This document shows positions 23,218-35,096 of a DNA stretch of 64,000 nucleotides, one piece after another; the first letter of the stretch is position 1, and the number at the start of each line of letters is the position of its first letter. The notes under the pieces were generated by a model. It saw only the letters and a list, made by a program, of their open reading frames with translations, was not told the DNA's origin and made no database searches. This DNA comes from Eukaryota sp. TZLM1-RC. Its lineage: Eukaryota > Protista > Metamonada: BaSk clade. Position numbers and translations under genes: made by a program. The stretch covers positions 2,232,001-2,296,000 of the forward strand of contig JAUPSS010000002.1 in assembly GCA_040285825.1 (NCBI GenBank). The letters run 5' to 3'.

Positions 23218-26200
23218 TCAAATTAAGTCTACAATTCTATTCATTTCCAAGGATTCGCCTTCAAGGTCAACTTTATAGCTGTAATAATTTTCATTCTTTT
23301 CTCTGTGTTTCTTCCATATACCTACAATAAAAGCAACAGAATTCATTTCCTTAAGGTTTAGTGTCGATTTCTTTAAATCACTTTGAGACACTACATTTTC
23401 AGTTCTTTTGGCAAACAATTTGACTGACTTTTCATATTCTGGCAAGGAACAAATATCGCTAACATTTAATAACCTAAATATTATTTGAGGGAGAACTTCA
23501 AATAAGCAAACGAAAAGCTCTCCGCTCGGATCTATGTAAACTGTTACTTCAAGTGATCTCAAAAGAGAATTAATCAATTGAAATTGTTTACCTGGTGATA
23601 AAGGCGGTTTTAATTGAGCAAAAAACGAGCTTAAGTGACTAACTTTCAAAAATCCAGTGTGATTGGTATCAAAATGATGCCAGTTTGAAACAAAATCCTT
23701 GGCATCGTGAGGGTTAACAATGGCCTGTAGGTCTCTGGAAGCAGTAAAAAAGGCATCAATAATAGCTGCACACAACAAATTAAACAGAATGAATCTCGAA
23801 ATAACTACAAAAGAAAAGAAAAAAACATAAACCACAGCTGTATTGCACGTTTCATCAGTGTTAAAGGAACAAATAGTGGAAGATACCATCAGACATTGCC
23901 AATTTTGACCAGTGGCAATACTAAATAAGGTGAATAGTGATTTTGAAAAAGTTTGAAAGTTCAAATAGTAATTCAGACCAGTTGGAATTACATTAATTGG
24001 AACAGAATTGAAAGAAATTATTCCAATGACGGCATAAATAAAAAATACAATCAAGTAGAGAAAACAAACGCCGAAAACTACAGGAAAAGAGATTTCTGTG
24101 GTATGGAAAAGTTTTCTGACTGATGCTAGCCGTTGAGAGAGTCTAATTGCCTTGCATGCTCTTAAAATTCTTAGAATAATAACCAGATAACCAACTTCAC
24201 TAAGAAAAAAAGAAGGAATCATACTTGAGACTACGAAAACGTCATAAATATGCCATGGATCGTACCAAAAGACCTTGCCATATGCAAACAGTTTAAGAAC
24301 AATTTCAATTGCGAAAATGATGGTTATGGCATTTAAGATTTGCTTGAAAATACTGGTTTGCAAATCACTCATTTCATTTGTGTATAAGGCCAGGATAATT
24401 GTATTTGAATAAATTAAAAATGTAATAAATGGTTCAAAAAATTTGAGATGTGTGATTTTGAAACAAATTTGGCTAGTCAAAGTAGACTTGGAACCTGGTG
24501 TTATAGGTACAGCTGCAACCTCAATCAAGCTAGACAGAATCATTTTGTACCGTCTAATTTCCTCTGTTTCGCCAAAAGATTTCCTAATTTCTACTGCTGA
24601 ATAATCAAACTCTTCAGCCATTAAAGCTATAAATATTGAGGAGACAACCCAAATGCCAAGAATTAAAAATGAAACAAAATAAAGTGCTGACCAGAGATCA
24701 TTTGTAAAATGCCGAAAAGCAGCAAAAAAATGCTGGTTGGTAGTGAATCCGAATAAGGTAGACATGGCTTGAATGACATTATTAAATCCAAAATAATTTT
24801 GCACTATGGGGTAATTGAGAAACGGGGGCTTTTCGTGGAAAAGATGAACCCCAAGAATTCCAAAAAGAAATAGAAAACAAAGAAAAATAGCGAAAGTGTA
24901 AGATAGGACAGACAAAGAATTCCGCAGAGAGAGTAAAACTAACTTTCCTGGCTTTATTCTTAATAGCAAACGCAAAGGACGAAGTGCTCTAAAAGCTAAA
25001 AGGAAACTAAAACTTTGAGTGATTGATGAATTGATTGGAAGGATCAAAATCACAATGTGGAGTGATGACAAAATGATTACAACAGAGTCAATCAAAGTTG
25101 CAGGACTCCTAAAGACTCCTTCAGGACCAAAGCCTGAATAAGCCACCAATAAAATAAACAATTCTAATAGAAAAAGAACGTTCAAAACAGCAGTACTAAC
25201 CATTATAAATAAATCTTCTCTAGAATCACTCAAAGGGTAGTTTGCGATTAAGAAACAGCTAAGAACAATTAATAAAGAAGATCCATAGAGATAAACCTTT
25301 TGGTTTAAGAACCTGGTACATTTGATTCTAAAAGAACTGTTGTGGGGAAAAAGAAATAGAGAACGGGTCGAGGGTGGTAATGGGATGTTAAAATTTTCAG
25401 TAATGTCTTCATCTGACGAGTTGAGATCACTTTCATTTACCTGAACCTCGCAGTGGCATGATGCACCAAATTTTCGTCTTGAAATGAAATTATTGATAAA
25501 AATTGCGACTATAATGTTTAAGAAGATCAACGAAAAAACAACTATTGCAGAAATAAAGAAAAGACCAGAAATTACAGGACTTCTCGCGAATTCTGACGCA
25601 CTTATAGCCAAATCTTTCCATCGCTCACCACTCGATAGCAAAAAAACCATTAAAAAAGCTTCGCCAAAATTACTAAAATCGCTATCAGAACCATCATTAG
25701 AATGCTTAAATACCTCAAGAGAAAGGGCAGAAAATATCAAAACAAAGAAAATCAAAAAGAAACCAAAAGGAAGTAATTTTTTCAAAGATGCACTAATTAC
25801 TGAGAGTAGCTTATACGGTATGGAAAGTGCTTTTGAAAAGGAAAAGATTCTCATCACCTTTACCATTCTGGTGACTCTAACTAATGCAGTCCAATCAGAA
25901 ATCTCAACAAAGAAACTCAAGAGTGTCAGCATCAAGAGTAACACATCCAAAGAGTCGAGAAGAGAAGATTTAAAAGTATGTTTGACAAAACTACCAGTAG
26001 CCAAGATCCTTAATAGAACATCAAGAGAAATTAAAATAGAAAAGATTGATGAAATAATTGCAAAAATGAAGGGATAATTATGGTACAAATTAGTATTAAA
26101 CAAAGCAAGTGAAACAACCATCAAAAAGGTTATCGTAAAGGAAATAAATTCAAATTTGAGGGAAAAAACCAGACTCCTAACTGAACCTTGGAGACCTATT

Positions 26201-27222
26201 CGGGAAAGGCGACATGATGAAATTTTGGCCGATGACCAGCTTTCCTGATTGATTTCATCATCCAAATTTTCAGTTTGAACCTCAGCTTCAACCAAAAGAT
26301 TTCCCTCATTTGAAAATTTGGATAATTTACAACACGACTTTGACTGACTTTCTACAGGATTCTTCATGAAAACACGTGTAACTTCCACGTATTTTGAGCA
26401 GATAAGGGCGGTAAACAAGTTCAACACATAAAAAGAACCAAGAAAAGCAGAAAGAAATACAAAGAAAAACCCGAAAATACCCAGTGCCTGATAGCCAAGA
26501 ACTGCACCATCAACCCAACCTTCAAGAGAAAAGAAAGCAAAAATATTGAAAAAGGAAGAGAGAATGTTATCAAATGAAAGATGTCCTTGTTTGGGATTTG
26601 GGAAACTTGCTATGCATGAAAAGCCCTCAACACAGACATGATTGATTGAACGACAAAGGGACCAAGATTCCCAGTTGGTGGTATTCACCAAGATCTCAAC
26701 GGGGTGATGTGCAAGATCAGAAGGGACACAACGATTAGAAAAAGCACCACGAAGCAAATGAATGCCAAAGATGGAAAATAAAAGAGATGAAACAATTAAG
26801 AAAAATAGAGCAGATCCTGATGCTGGAAAGACCGAATTGACAACAAGGGATACGTGTTGAAAAGAGGCAATCAAACGAAAGGTTCTTAGAGAACGAACAA
26901 CTCGTAATAGGCGAAGAAAAGTGGGTCTAGCATAAACTAGAGGGGTAAATGCAAGAAGACTAAGTGCAACAATAATGAAATCCAACACATTAAATGGATC
27001 TTTGAGAAAGGTTTTGAGATTATAGGCCTGGATTCTGATAAAGGTTTCGAGTGAGAAGATTGAGATTATGAACAAATCAAAAATGAACAAAAAGCTTCCA
27101 AGACCAGCAGAATCAATGTGGGACACAAAAAGGGGAAGTAACGAGAGTACAATTAAGGACAGGATAACCTTGTTGAACAGAGGATGCTCTACTATTTTGC
27201 GGCATGAAGACTTTCTTATCAT
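23218..27222 (-). CDS. Four-domain voltage-gated cation channel (Cav/Nav/NALCN superfamily)
   Basis: Four 6-TM repeats with S4 (RLLRVVRSLRTFR; RVTRMVKVMR; RALRPLRLL; RILRACKAIR), pore loops, C-terminal EF-hand-like WHHFDTNHTGFL and IQ-like IVGIWKKHR. Confidence 0.93.
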   Translation of the reverse strand: MIRKSSCRKIVEHPLFNKVILSLIVLSLLPLFVSHIDSAGLGSFLFIFDLFIISIFSLETFIRIQAYNLKTFLKDPFNVLDFIIVALSLLAFTPLVYARPTFLRLLRVVRSLRTFRLIASFQHVSLVVNSVFPASGSALFFLIVSSLLFSIFGIHLLRGAFSNRCVPSDLAHHPVEILVNTTNWESWSLCRSINHVCVEGFSCIASFPNPKQGHLSFDNILSSFFNIFAFFSLEGWVDGAVLGYQALGIFGFFFVFLSAFLGSFYVLNLFTALICSKYVEVTRVFMKNPVESQSKSCCKLSKFSNEGNLLVEAEVQTENLDDEINQESWSSAKISSCRLSRIGLQGSVRSLVFSLKFEFISFTITFLMVVSLALFNTNLYHNYPFIFAIISSIFSILISLDVLLRILATGSFVKHTFKSSLLDSLDVLLLMLTLLSFFVEISDWTALVRVTRMVKVMRIFSFSKALSIPYKLLSVISASLKKLLPFGFFLIFFVLIFSALSLEVFKHSNDGSDSDFSNFGEAFLMVFLLSSGERWKDLAISASEFARSPVISGLFFISAIVVFSLIFLNIIVAIFINNFISRRKFGASCHCEVQVNESDLNSSDEDITENFNIPLPPSTRSLFLFPHNSSFRIKCTRFLNQKVYLYGSSLLIVLSCFLIANYPLSDSREDLFIMVSTAVLNVLFLLELFILLVAYSGFGPEGVFRSPATLIDSVVIILSSLHIVILILPINSSITQSFSFLLAFRALRPLRLLLRIKPGKLVLLSLRNSLSVLSYTFAIFLCFLFLFGILGVHLFHEKPPFLNYPIVQNYFGFNNVIQAMSTLFGFTTNQHFFAAFRHFTNDLWSALYFVSFLILGIWVVSSIFIALMAEEFDYSAVEIRKSFGETEEIRRYKMILSSLIEVAAVPITPGSKSTLTSQICFKITHLKFFEPFITFLIYSNTIILALYTNEMSDLQTSIFKQILNAITIIFAIEIVLKLFAYGKVFWYDPWHIYDVFVVSSMIPSFFLSEVGYLVIILRILRACKAIRLSQRLASVRKLFHTTEISFPVVFGVCFLYLIVFFIYAVIGIISFNSVPINVIPTGLNYYLNFQTFSKSLFTLFSIATGQNWQCLMVSSTICSFNTDETCNTAVVYVFFFSFVVISRFILFNLLCAAIIDAFFTASRDLQAIVNPHDAKDFVSNWHHFDTNHTGFLKVSHLSSFFAQLKPPLSPGKQFQLINSLLRSLEVTVYIDPSGELFVCLFEVLPQIIFRLLNVSDICSLPEYEKSVKLFAKRTENVVSQSDLKKSTLNLKEMNSVAFIVGIWKKHREKNENYYSYKVDLEGESLEMNRIVDLI

Positions 27223-28399
27223 GGGTTTTCGTTGTGGGAAAGTATTTCAATTATTTGGTCTTGATTTTTGGTCAACATCAAGATCTCATCTGTACTCGGT
27301 TCCTTTTCATTTTCTTCAGTACAGTTGGGTTTTTTAGCCATATTCCAGGGTCAATAGCTAGCGGCGTTTTTTTTGTTTTTTTCATCCCATTAATCTATCA
27401 TTTTCTGTTGGTGTAGCCATTCATTGGGTTTCAATACTTTCCAGCTGTGATGTGCTTATTATGTGAATCGCCATTCTCGTTCCCATTCCCGGGTGATTCC
27501 CAAAATGCCTGTTCTTACTCATTTCACTATCTCTTCTCTTGACACGGACTTGTGAACTGTTACCGAAGTCTCTCACCCTTCTTCTTCACTTGTTTGTTAC
27601 AACGTAGAGGTAAACATCTCATTGCATTCCAAACTTTGGAATCCAAAGTAAGGTCATAATATGACATTACCAAATTAGAAAATTGTTTTTTTCCAGTGAA
27701 AGACCTTGTCTCCTTTTTTTAACTCAACAACAATTTTTAAAATTCAAATTTAAAGTTTAATTTCTTCTACAAAATATTCTTCTTTTGAAGTGAATGAAAT
27801 AGTAACCGAGTGCTAAATGGCGCATTTAGAGAACCATACAAACATAAATTTATTTTATTTAATAAATATATTTTTTTATTTATTTATTGTAACAGATTAT
27901 TTAACATTTCCATTTGGCGTAATAGAATCATCTTTGCTTTATTTCGAAGCTTTCCCAAATACTTGTCTCAGATATTCAAAATGTTATATAGAAGTGTATG
28001 GGTAGATGTGGAGAATTTTTCTTCTTATAAGTTCTAGCTCTTACCTGTATGTTGTCACTCTATAATAATAATAAATAATAATATATTTTTTTTATTTTAT
28101 TTTTTTATTTGAACAAACCCATTGCCCAAGAAATTCGATAAACTATTAATCCTTAGCGGCAAACATTGATGGGACTTTAGGTAAGAAAGCATACCGTGCT
28201 TCATTTCATGCATATCAGTCAACTCACCGCTGATTTCCAATGAATTCAAGCCACGTAACGAAACATATTATTCACAGATGCTGAAATAACCTTTGTTAAT
28301 TATGATCATTGAGCTTTCCGTTTTCTTTTTGGCGGACACAGCAATTTATATTGAATTAAGAACTTTTGTTCTAAAATCATATTGTCAAAACTTTTCCTA

Positions 28400-30860
28400 A
28401 ACTTTCTTTGAGTTATCCCAGAGACTCAAGTCACTACAGTGGACACTCCCGTTCTTCCAGAACACGTCCCACTTGGGGCTTTCACCCTTCTCACTCTCAC
28501 TTACCTAATTCTCAACATTCTATGAGTTATTTCGGTACCTCATCTCAATATTCTCAATCTAACCACTCCCGTTTTTTTACTTCAGCACAAAGTTTAAATC
28601 CCGGATCGATCACGATCATCTTGGTGGTCTAGTCAAGGTGCCTTCCGCCCTTACCATCTATTCACAATCTCACCCTTATCGCTTACCCTCTTTTCAAAAT
28701 TCTAAAGATGGTTCTATGGACCGTGGAGATTGTCAAAAAAGCCTGCAACAGGAACCTTCAACACTATCCCAAATTCGAACAGATTCATCCTTAATTCCAA
28801 TACAGTGTAGAACCCACTATATCAAAGTTAAAAAGTTAAGGGGTTTTTCAAAGTCATTGTGAAACATATAACAATTTCCGATTCATGTCAGAAGTTTATC
28901 AAAGAGGAGTCGACGTAAATATTTTCAGAGTAGAGGTACTAATGAGCTGCCTCAGAATGCAGGAGATTTTGAAAACTTAGTTGCACTTGAATCTTCAGTT
29001 TAAAATGTCAATGTATTCCAAAAAATTGGTGTTTTTCGTGGAAAGAAGAAAAAGGTTAAACAGAAACCATTTATTGCTGATCCTGATTTTCATCAAAAAT
29101 GCAACTACTTATGATCGGCCTTTTATTTGCTCGATTTCTACTGAAACCAAGGATATTGGTGTTCACGTAACACAAAGTAGAGATATTAGTAGAGCTTCGA
29201 ACAATCTACGAGCTCAACAAAAACAAGCACAATCAGGTCGACGTCTGAGGAAATGAGTGATGATGATCAATTGTCAAAACATCAAGTTTTTGTGAAAAGT
29301 CACGAAATTGTAAAGATTTCTATAATTTTGTTTGAAATTGACAGTAATGGGGATACCATTATTTTATTTCTCAAGTATTGATTACGTTGCCAAGTTAGAG
29401 GGATTGACACGAGTATTGTCATGGACCAATGACAGCAAATCAGGTGAGGGTGTCTCATTGAAAAGATTTGATTATGAGAAAGACCTATTGAATTCATTTG
29501 TAGAATTAACGTATGGTAAGAAAATTTTTGGGTCTTTAGCCATAATATTTTCAACTTTTATTTACCTTTACCAGAAGTTTGATGAGTTACGTATAAAAGT
29601 TCTGTCACAATTACTAGGATGTAAAAGGTCCCAAATTCCTGATCATGCTTATCTTAGTCTACTTTATGGCGGTTTAGGTTGGACAAAGGCTTCTATTCTT
29701 ACTTCATGTACTTTTATCGGTGGATGCAGAAATGCATTATTTGAGTTTTCGGAAAGACTTGCCGTCTGGTATGATTTACTGATGACAACGCAAGGTTCTA
29801 CTATTTTTGCATCAAATGAAGAAATTTCAAAAATTGATGTAGAAAAATGGATTCGATGTTTTCCCCAATCATTCAGTGGTAATATTCCGGGAAAAAATTT
29901 AAATTTAAAATACACTCTTCGAAAATTACAGAATTGATTGACTGGAATGTATAAAAATGATCTTTATAATAATATATGCAACTCGGCTGTTTTAAATTAA
30001 GATCTTCACTCATTGTTATTGGAAAAGGGTGTTTGTGAAAATCAGTCATCAGATTCTTCACTGTTTGTAACCATTGTACCACGAAGATTTGGACTGTGTG
30101 CTACTAACCAAGCGTTTGAAACAAAGATGAGATTACATTTGAATATTCCCATTAATCAATTATTATTAAAAGAAAAATGTATTTGTTCGAATTCACCACA
30201 GCTCACTTTGCGTCATGGTCTGAAATGTTCGAAATTGATAACTTATCGTTCTTCATTCCATGTTGCTGTTAGAGACACTGTTTTTAAAACTGGAAGAATT
30301 TCGTGTATCAAAGAACCTCTGCTGTAGGAAACACTGTCATTGAATATTTTTGGTTCTGATGATAGAGGTGATGTATACTGTGATTGGTTTGAGAACTCTG
30401 AAGCTGTTGTTGACTTTGTCTTATGATATGTTACAAATGAAATTTTGGTTCAATGAAGAAAACTTAATCCTGTAGATGCCCTCGAATTTAAGGCCCAAGA
30501 AAAACATACAAAATATGACAAAGATATTGAAGAAGCTAATGCTGATAGAAATAGACCACTTGTCTTTATTGTTTTCCCATTTTCTATAAACGGAAGACTA
30601 TCAGTAAAAGCGGAAACCGTTTTGAATGATTTCCAAAAAATGGTCCAAGCAAATACAATTAACAGTTGTGATATCCTTATTGGCGGTTTCGAATTCAATT
30701 TATCATAATTAATAGATTGCTTTTGTGTTTCAATCGAATTAGAGAAGCTTTAGCGAGACAGCAAGTGGATCAAGATTCTGTAGAAGAAATCTTGGTTCAT
30801 TGAATTTTGTCCCATTAGTTATGAGTTAATTTTATTAAGTGTGCAAGATGAATAAAACAA
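28400..30860 (+). mobile_element. Degraded non-LTR retrotransposon (RLE type, second subfamily)
   Basis: YGGLGWTKASILTS, CICSNSPQLTLRH.LKC, DRGDVYCD; stops and frameshifts; 3' end shared with the next copy; 5' limit approximate. Confidence 0.8.
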
Positions 30861-30866
30861 TTACCT

Positions 30867-32410
30867 GTGCTGGCTTTGCGAGTATCACATTTTGGAATCA
30901 CTTTCCAAACTTACATCAAAAACTTGATGCGAATGAGTTATATCTGCATCGATGTTGGAAGGAAGTTGTCCAGTATTAGAAAAAGTTTACTATTTTGGAC
31001 AAAAACACAAAAACAACACATCAAATTTACCATTATAAGACTGTGTTTCAGTTCCAATTTTAATCATATATTTCGATCTACAAATCCTCTCGTCACTAGA
31101 CCTTTGGCTCAAAAGTTTAATGAGTTACGTGCAAAAGTTCTGTCTCATTTACTGGGATGTAAAATGTTCCAAATTCCAGATCATGCTTACCTTAGTCCAC
31201 ATTATGGTGGTTTAGGGTGGACGAAGGCTTCTATTCTTACCTCGTGTGCTTTTGTTGGAGGATGCAGAAATGCAATCTTTGAGTATTCTGAAAGATTTGT
31301 AGATTGGGAAGATTTATTGATGACAACGCAAAGTTCCACTGTTTTTGCATTAAATGAAGAATTTTCAAGAATTGATGTAGAAAAATGGGGTCGATGTTTT
31401 CCCCAATCATTCAATGGCAATATTCCAGAAAAAAATGTTTTAAATTTGAAGTACACTCTTCGAACATTACAGAAAAGATTGACTGGAATGTATGAAAAAG
31501 ATCTTTATAATAATATTTGCAGCTCGGCTGTTTTAAATCAAGATCTTCACTCATTGTTATTGGAAAAGGGTGTTTGTGAAAACAAAGCGTCAGATTCTTC
31601 ACTTTTTGTAACCATTGTACCACGAAGATTTGGATTGTGTGCCACTAATGAAGCATTTGTAACAAAAATGAGATTATATTTGAACATCCCCATTAACCAA
31701 TTATTATCAAAAGAAAAATGTATTTGTTCGAATTCACCTCAACTCACTTTGCGCCATGCTCTAAATTGCTCTAAATTGATAACTTATCGTTCTTCATTAC
31801 ATGATGCTGTTAGAGACACTGTTTTCAATATGGCACAAACTGCAAGGATATCGTGTATCAAAGAGCCCCTGCTGAAGGAAACACTTTCTCTGAATAATTT
31901 TGGTTCTGATGATAGAGGTGATGTATACTGTGATTGGATTGATAATTCTGAAGCTATTGTTGACTTTGTCTCATGTAATGTTGCAAACGATACTTTGGTT
32001 CACAGAAGAAAACTTAATCCTGTGGCTGCTTTGGATTTTAAAGCAAAAGAAAAACATAGAAAATATGATAAAGAAATTGAAGATGCAAATGTCGATAGAA
32101 ATACACAGCTGGTTTTTATTGCTTTCCCATTTTCGATAAATGGAAGATTATCAGTTGAGCAGAAACTTTTTTGGATGACTTCCAAAAAAAATGGTGAAAG
32201 AAAAAACAATGAAAAGATTTGATATTTTTTTATGGCGTTCACGGATTCAATTTGCCATTATTAATAGATTACCGCGGTTTTTCAATCGAATTAGAGAAGG
32301 TTTAGCTAGACAGCAAGCAAATCAAGATTTTGTAGAGGAAATCTTGGTTTAATGATAGTCGTCCCATTAGTTATGATTTAATTTAATCAAGTGTGCAAAT
32401 TCAATAAATT
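30867..32410 (+). mobile_element. 5'-truncated non-LTR retrotransposon (RLE type), tandem with previous copy
   Basis: NHIFRS, YGGLGW, CIC..HALNC, HDAVRD, KEP, RGD..D; AATAAA at about 32403. Confidence 0.88.
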
Positions 32411-32479
32411 GAGTATTTTGGACACTTTATTGTTTGCCAAAAATTTATTGAAATTAGGTGTAATATTATTCCCCTGAGT

Positions 32480-33769
32480 AAAGGTAGTAAACCTAGGATT
32501 TTTCCAATGCACATTGTGGGAAATTGACAAAAACACTATGGGCAATGTAGATCGTAGACCTCAATTTAAACAAGCACAAAATTATATTGTGAAAAGTGGT
32601 ATGGACAACTTAACGCACAATCAACAAAACTCTTATTGGGATAGATGGTTCAGGATTACCCTTTAAGCCTGATTCAAATCTTGCAAAGGTATCAGTCTCT
32701 TAAATTGATGACCTTGACTCTGTGATAAAATTGAAGACTAGATTCCCCAAATCTTAACAAGTTAACTGAACAACACTCAACTTCCAAAAGCATCCAGACT
32801 AGAATGGTATGAGTGGCGTCATGAAGAAAACAAAGGAAGAAATGGATGTTTTATTAATGTAATGAAAAAGAGAAAAAGACAGAACAAAAGATTCTAGATT
32901 TCAGGCCAAAACAAAATCCCCCTCCTCCAAATGAAAACAAGAAAACAAAATTAAAGGAATATACATTCAAAAGGCTGACTGCTCCTCAAAGAAGAAGAGA
33001 TACTCTGAACAAAGACCATCAAAAATTCTATAAGAATGCTAAAGAATCATGGATTTATCCAAAAAAACTGTTAACTAATGGGAAGAAAATTTAAAACAAT
33101 TTTCAAAGAAAACTCTAGATCATGAAGAATTCCTATATTACTACAAGGCAAAAAACAACTTTTCTCTCCATGTTGGAGCTACTTACTGTAATAAAGAATT
33201 AAGAGTCTTGAAGTTGAAAAGATTCATGACCACAGAGGGGATTGAAGCAAAATGGCTGAATGAAATAGAAAATCAGTTTGGAGGTCCAGAAAATAACATT
33301 TGTGATTGGAAACAAGCCACTTTTGCGCATAAAACAACTACAATAAGGTTATATAAAGATGATTAGACGTAACTTTCGGCTATTACTGCTGGACCAATAT
33401 AGAGCCTGTAGTCGATGTCATACATGTGTACTCAAGTGGAAAGAAGGTGAAAATGTAAAAAAAACATCCAGTACGTAATCCAAGACCTTACAGGAGAGCA
33501 AAGATACCAAAGGTCCTTAGACATGGATAACACACTTACAAGAAATGTGGACATCGCTGGCACCGTAATGGTGATACTGTTGTTCAGATGATTCATGTTG
33601 TGGATCAATATGCTAAAGGAAATGAAAGTCCTCAAGTTATGAAATAAATAAAAAAATACATTAAAAAAAGTTATGAAAAGATCATCTTGATTCATTTTTC
33701 ATCCTCCATTAATCTCTAGTAATCTCAACGTTACTACTAGTTGACATTAGCGTGCTATTAGCCGATGTC
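32480..33769 (+). pseudogene. Fanzor family B remnant plus right end (copy B2)
   Basis: Manual translation YCNKELRVLKLKRFMTTEGIEAKWLNEIENQFGGPENNICDW (Fanzor1-type), LDQYRACSRCHTC, NPRPYRRAK, KKCGHRWHRN, ESPQVMKRSS* (TGA 33688-33690 after removing a micro-insertion); 5' limit approximate. Confidence 0.78.
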
Positions 33770-35096
33770 TGATTCCAAGAAACCCTTTTTCAGCATACCA
33801 TCACCTCTTCATTTCAAAGCAGCACATGTTGTTGAACAGTTCTCTAAACGCAAAGGTTCTTTGAAAAACCTCACTCTTTCTTCCAAATCAGTTCCGCCCT
33901 CTTTGCGTAAAGCTGTGTATGCTCTGTCTCTCAATGTAATTCGATATCACTTTATATTGAATGACATAAAGTCTCGCATATTTATCAAATCTGACAAACT
34001 TACAAAATACATGATAAACGTGCTTATTTATGACATGACTCTCGGAGAATTGTCATCAAGTGACTGTAGTGCCTCTGATCTCAAGTGCTCTCCCCATGCT
34101 GCTAATATCTGGAATCAGCGCAGAGTTATGCGACAAGTTGTAGAAGATGCTCTACTCGTAGCCAAAGTTTCGTCTCCAGAAGAACTTTTGCCTGAACCCA
34201 TTAGGGATATCAACAAATCCAGGGGAACAAAATGGATAAGAATGAACCTTTTACGAGACCTGTCTCCTCTGGAAATAGCCACAGAGTTCAATGCGTCCCC
34301 AGATCCCCTTGTGCCTGGTCTTTTTTACCTTTCTGACGACATTTCTGTTCACAACCATCCTCGGGTCTTGTCCTTTGATGTTGTTCCTCAGAACAAGTCA
34401 TCGTGTCTTCCTGTTGTTGCTTTGAACCCTCCACCGAATGCTGTGTGTCTTGACGCTTGTTCCGCTCCTGGTTCTAAGACGTGTCAATTGCTATCATGGA
34501 AGAATCGCCCATCAAAGGTGATTGCGGTGGAACTCTCAGAACAAAGGTTTGATCTACTTCAATCCAACCTTATCGCTTACACCTCTCCCCCTTCCAAGGA
34601 CGTTCCCTCTGTCGACATGGTTCCTGCATCCTTCCTCGACATTGAGCCTGAAGAGTCTCCCTTCGCTTCGGTGGAATATATATTGGTTGACGCTCAGTGT
34701 TCGGGAAGTGGTAACTCCAAGGTTAATATGGACGCCTTGCTTGGACAGTTCCTTAAGAGTGACGGACAAGAAGACTTTGTGGTGAAGAAACTTCCGAGTA
34801 GACTGCTCAATGACATTGTTGACAATCAAATTGACCTAGTAAGTCATGCATTGGCGTTCCCATCAGCCAAAAAAGTTGTTTATTCCACTTGTTCGATATA
34901 CGAAGAAGAGAATGAGCTTGTCGTTTCCAAGATTCTTCTTCGTCATAACAATTGGACTTTGGAAAGGATTCTTCCTTCTTTTCCTGGCAGAGGTAATACT
35001 CAGCATGGTAAATTAATGGATCATTGTGTTTTTTGTGAGGGTGATGATAGCAGGGATGGGTTTTTTGTAGCTTCTTTTGTAAGGAAAGATGTTTAG
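33765..35096 (+). CDS. NSUN5: rRNA m5C methyltransferase NSUN5/Rcm1
   Basis: QNKSSCLP, DACSAPGSKT, ILVDAQCSGSG, VVYSTCSIYEEENE, DGFFVASF. Confidence 0.9.
   Translation: MSDSKKPFFSIPSPLHFKAAHVVEQFSKRKGSLKNLTLSSKSVPPSLRKAVYALSLNVIRYHFILNDIKSRIFIKSDKLTKYMINVLIYDMTLGELSSSDCSASDLKCSPHAANIWNQRRVMRQVVEDALLVAKVSSPEELLPEPIRDINKSRGTKWIRMNLLRDLSPLEIATEFNASPDPLVPGLFYLSDDISVHNHPRVLSFDVVPQNKSSCLPVVALNPPPNAVCLDACSAPGSKTCQLLSWKNRPSKVIAVELSEQRFDLLQSNLIAYTSPPSKDVPSVDMVPASFLDIEPEESPFASVEYILVDAQCSGSGNSKVNMDALLGQFLKSDGQEDFVVKKLPSRLLNDIVDNQIDLVSHALAFPSAKKVVYSTCSIYEEENELVVSKILLRHNNWTLERILPSFPGRGNTQHGKLMDHCVFCEGDDSRDGFFVASFVRKDV

Noticed and set aside
25484-26077. 197-aa plus-strand ORF
   Set aside because: Antisense shadow of the hydrophobic channel gene; no motifs
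33691-33764. Shared leader as a relict trans-spliced leader on retroposed genes
   Set aside because: It is continuous with the Fanzor stop codon in all three cases and absent from the other gene starts compared, so an element end is the simpler explanation
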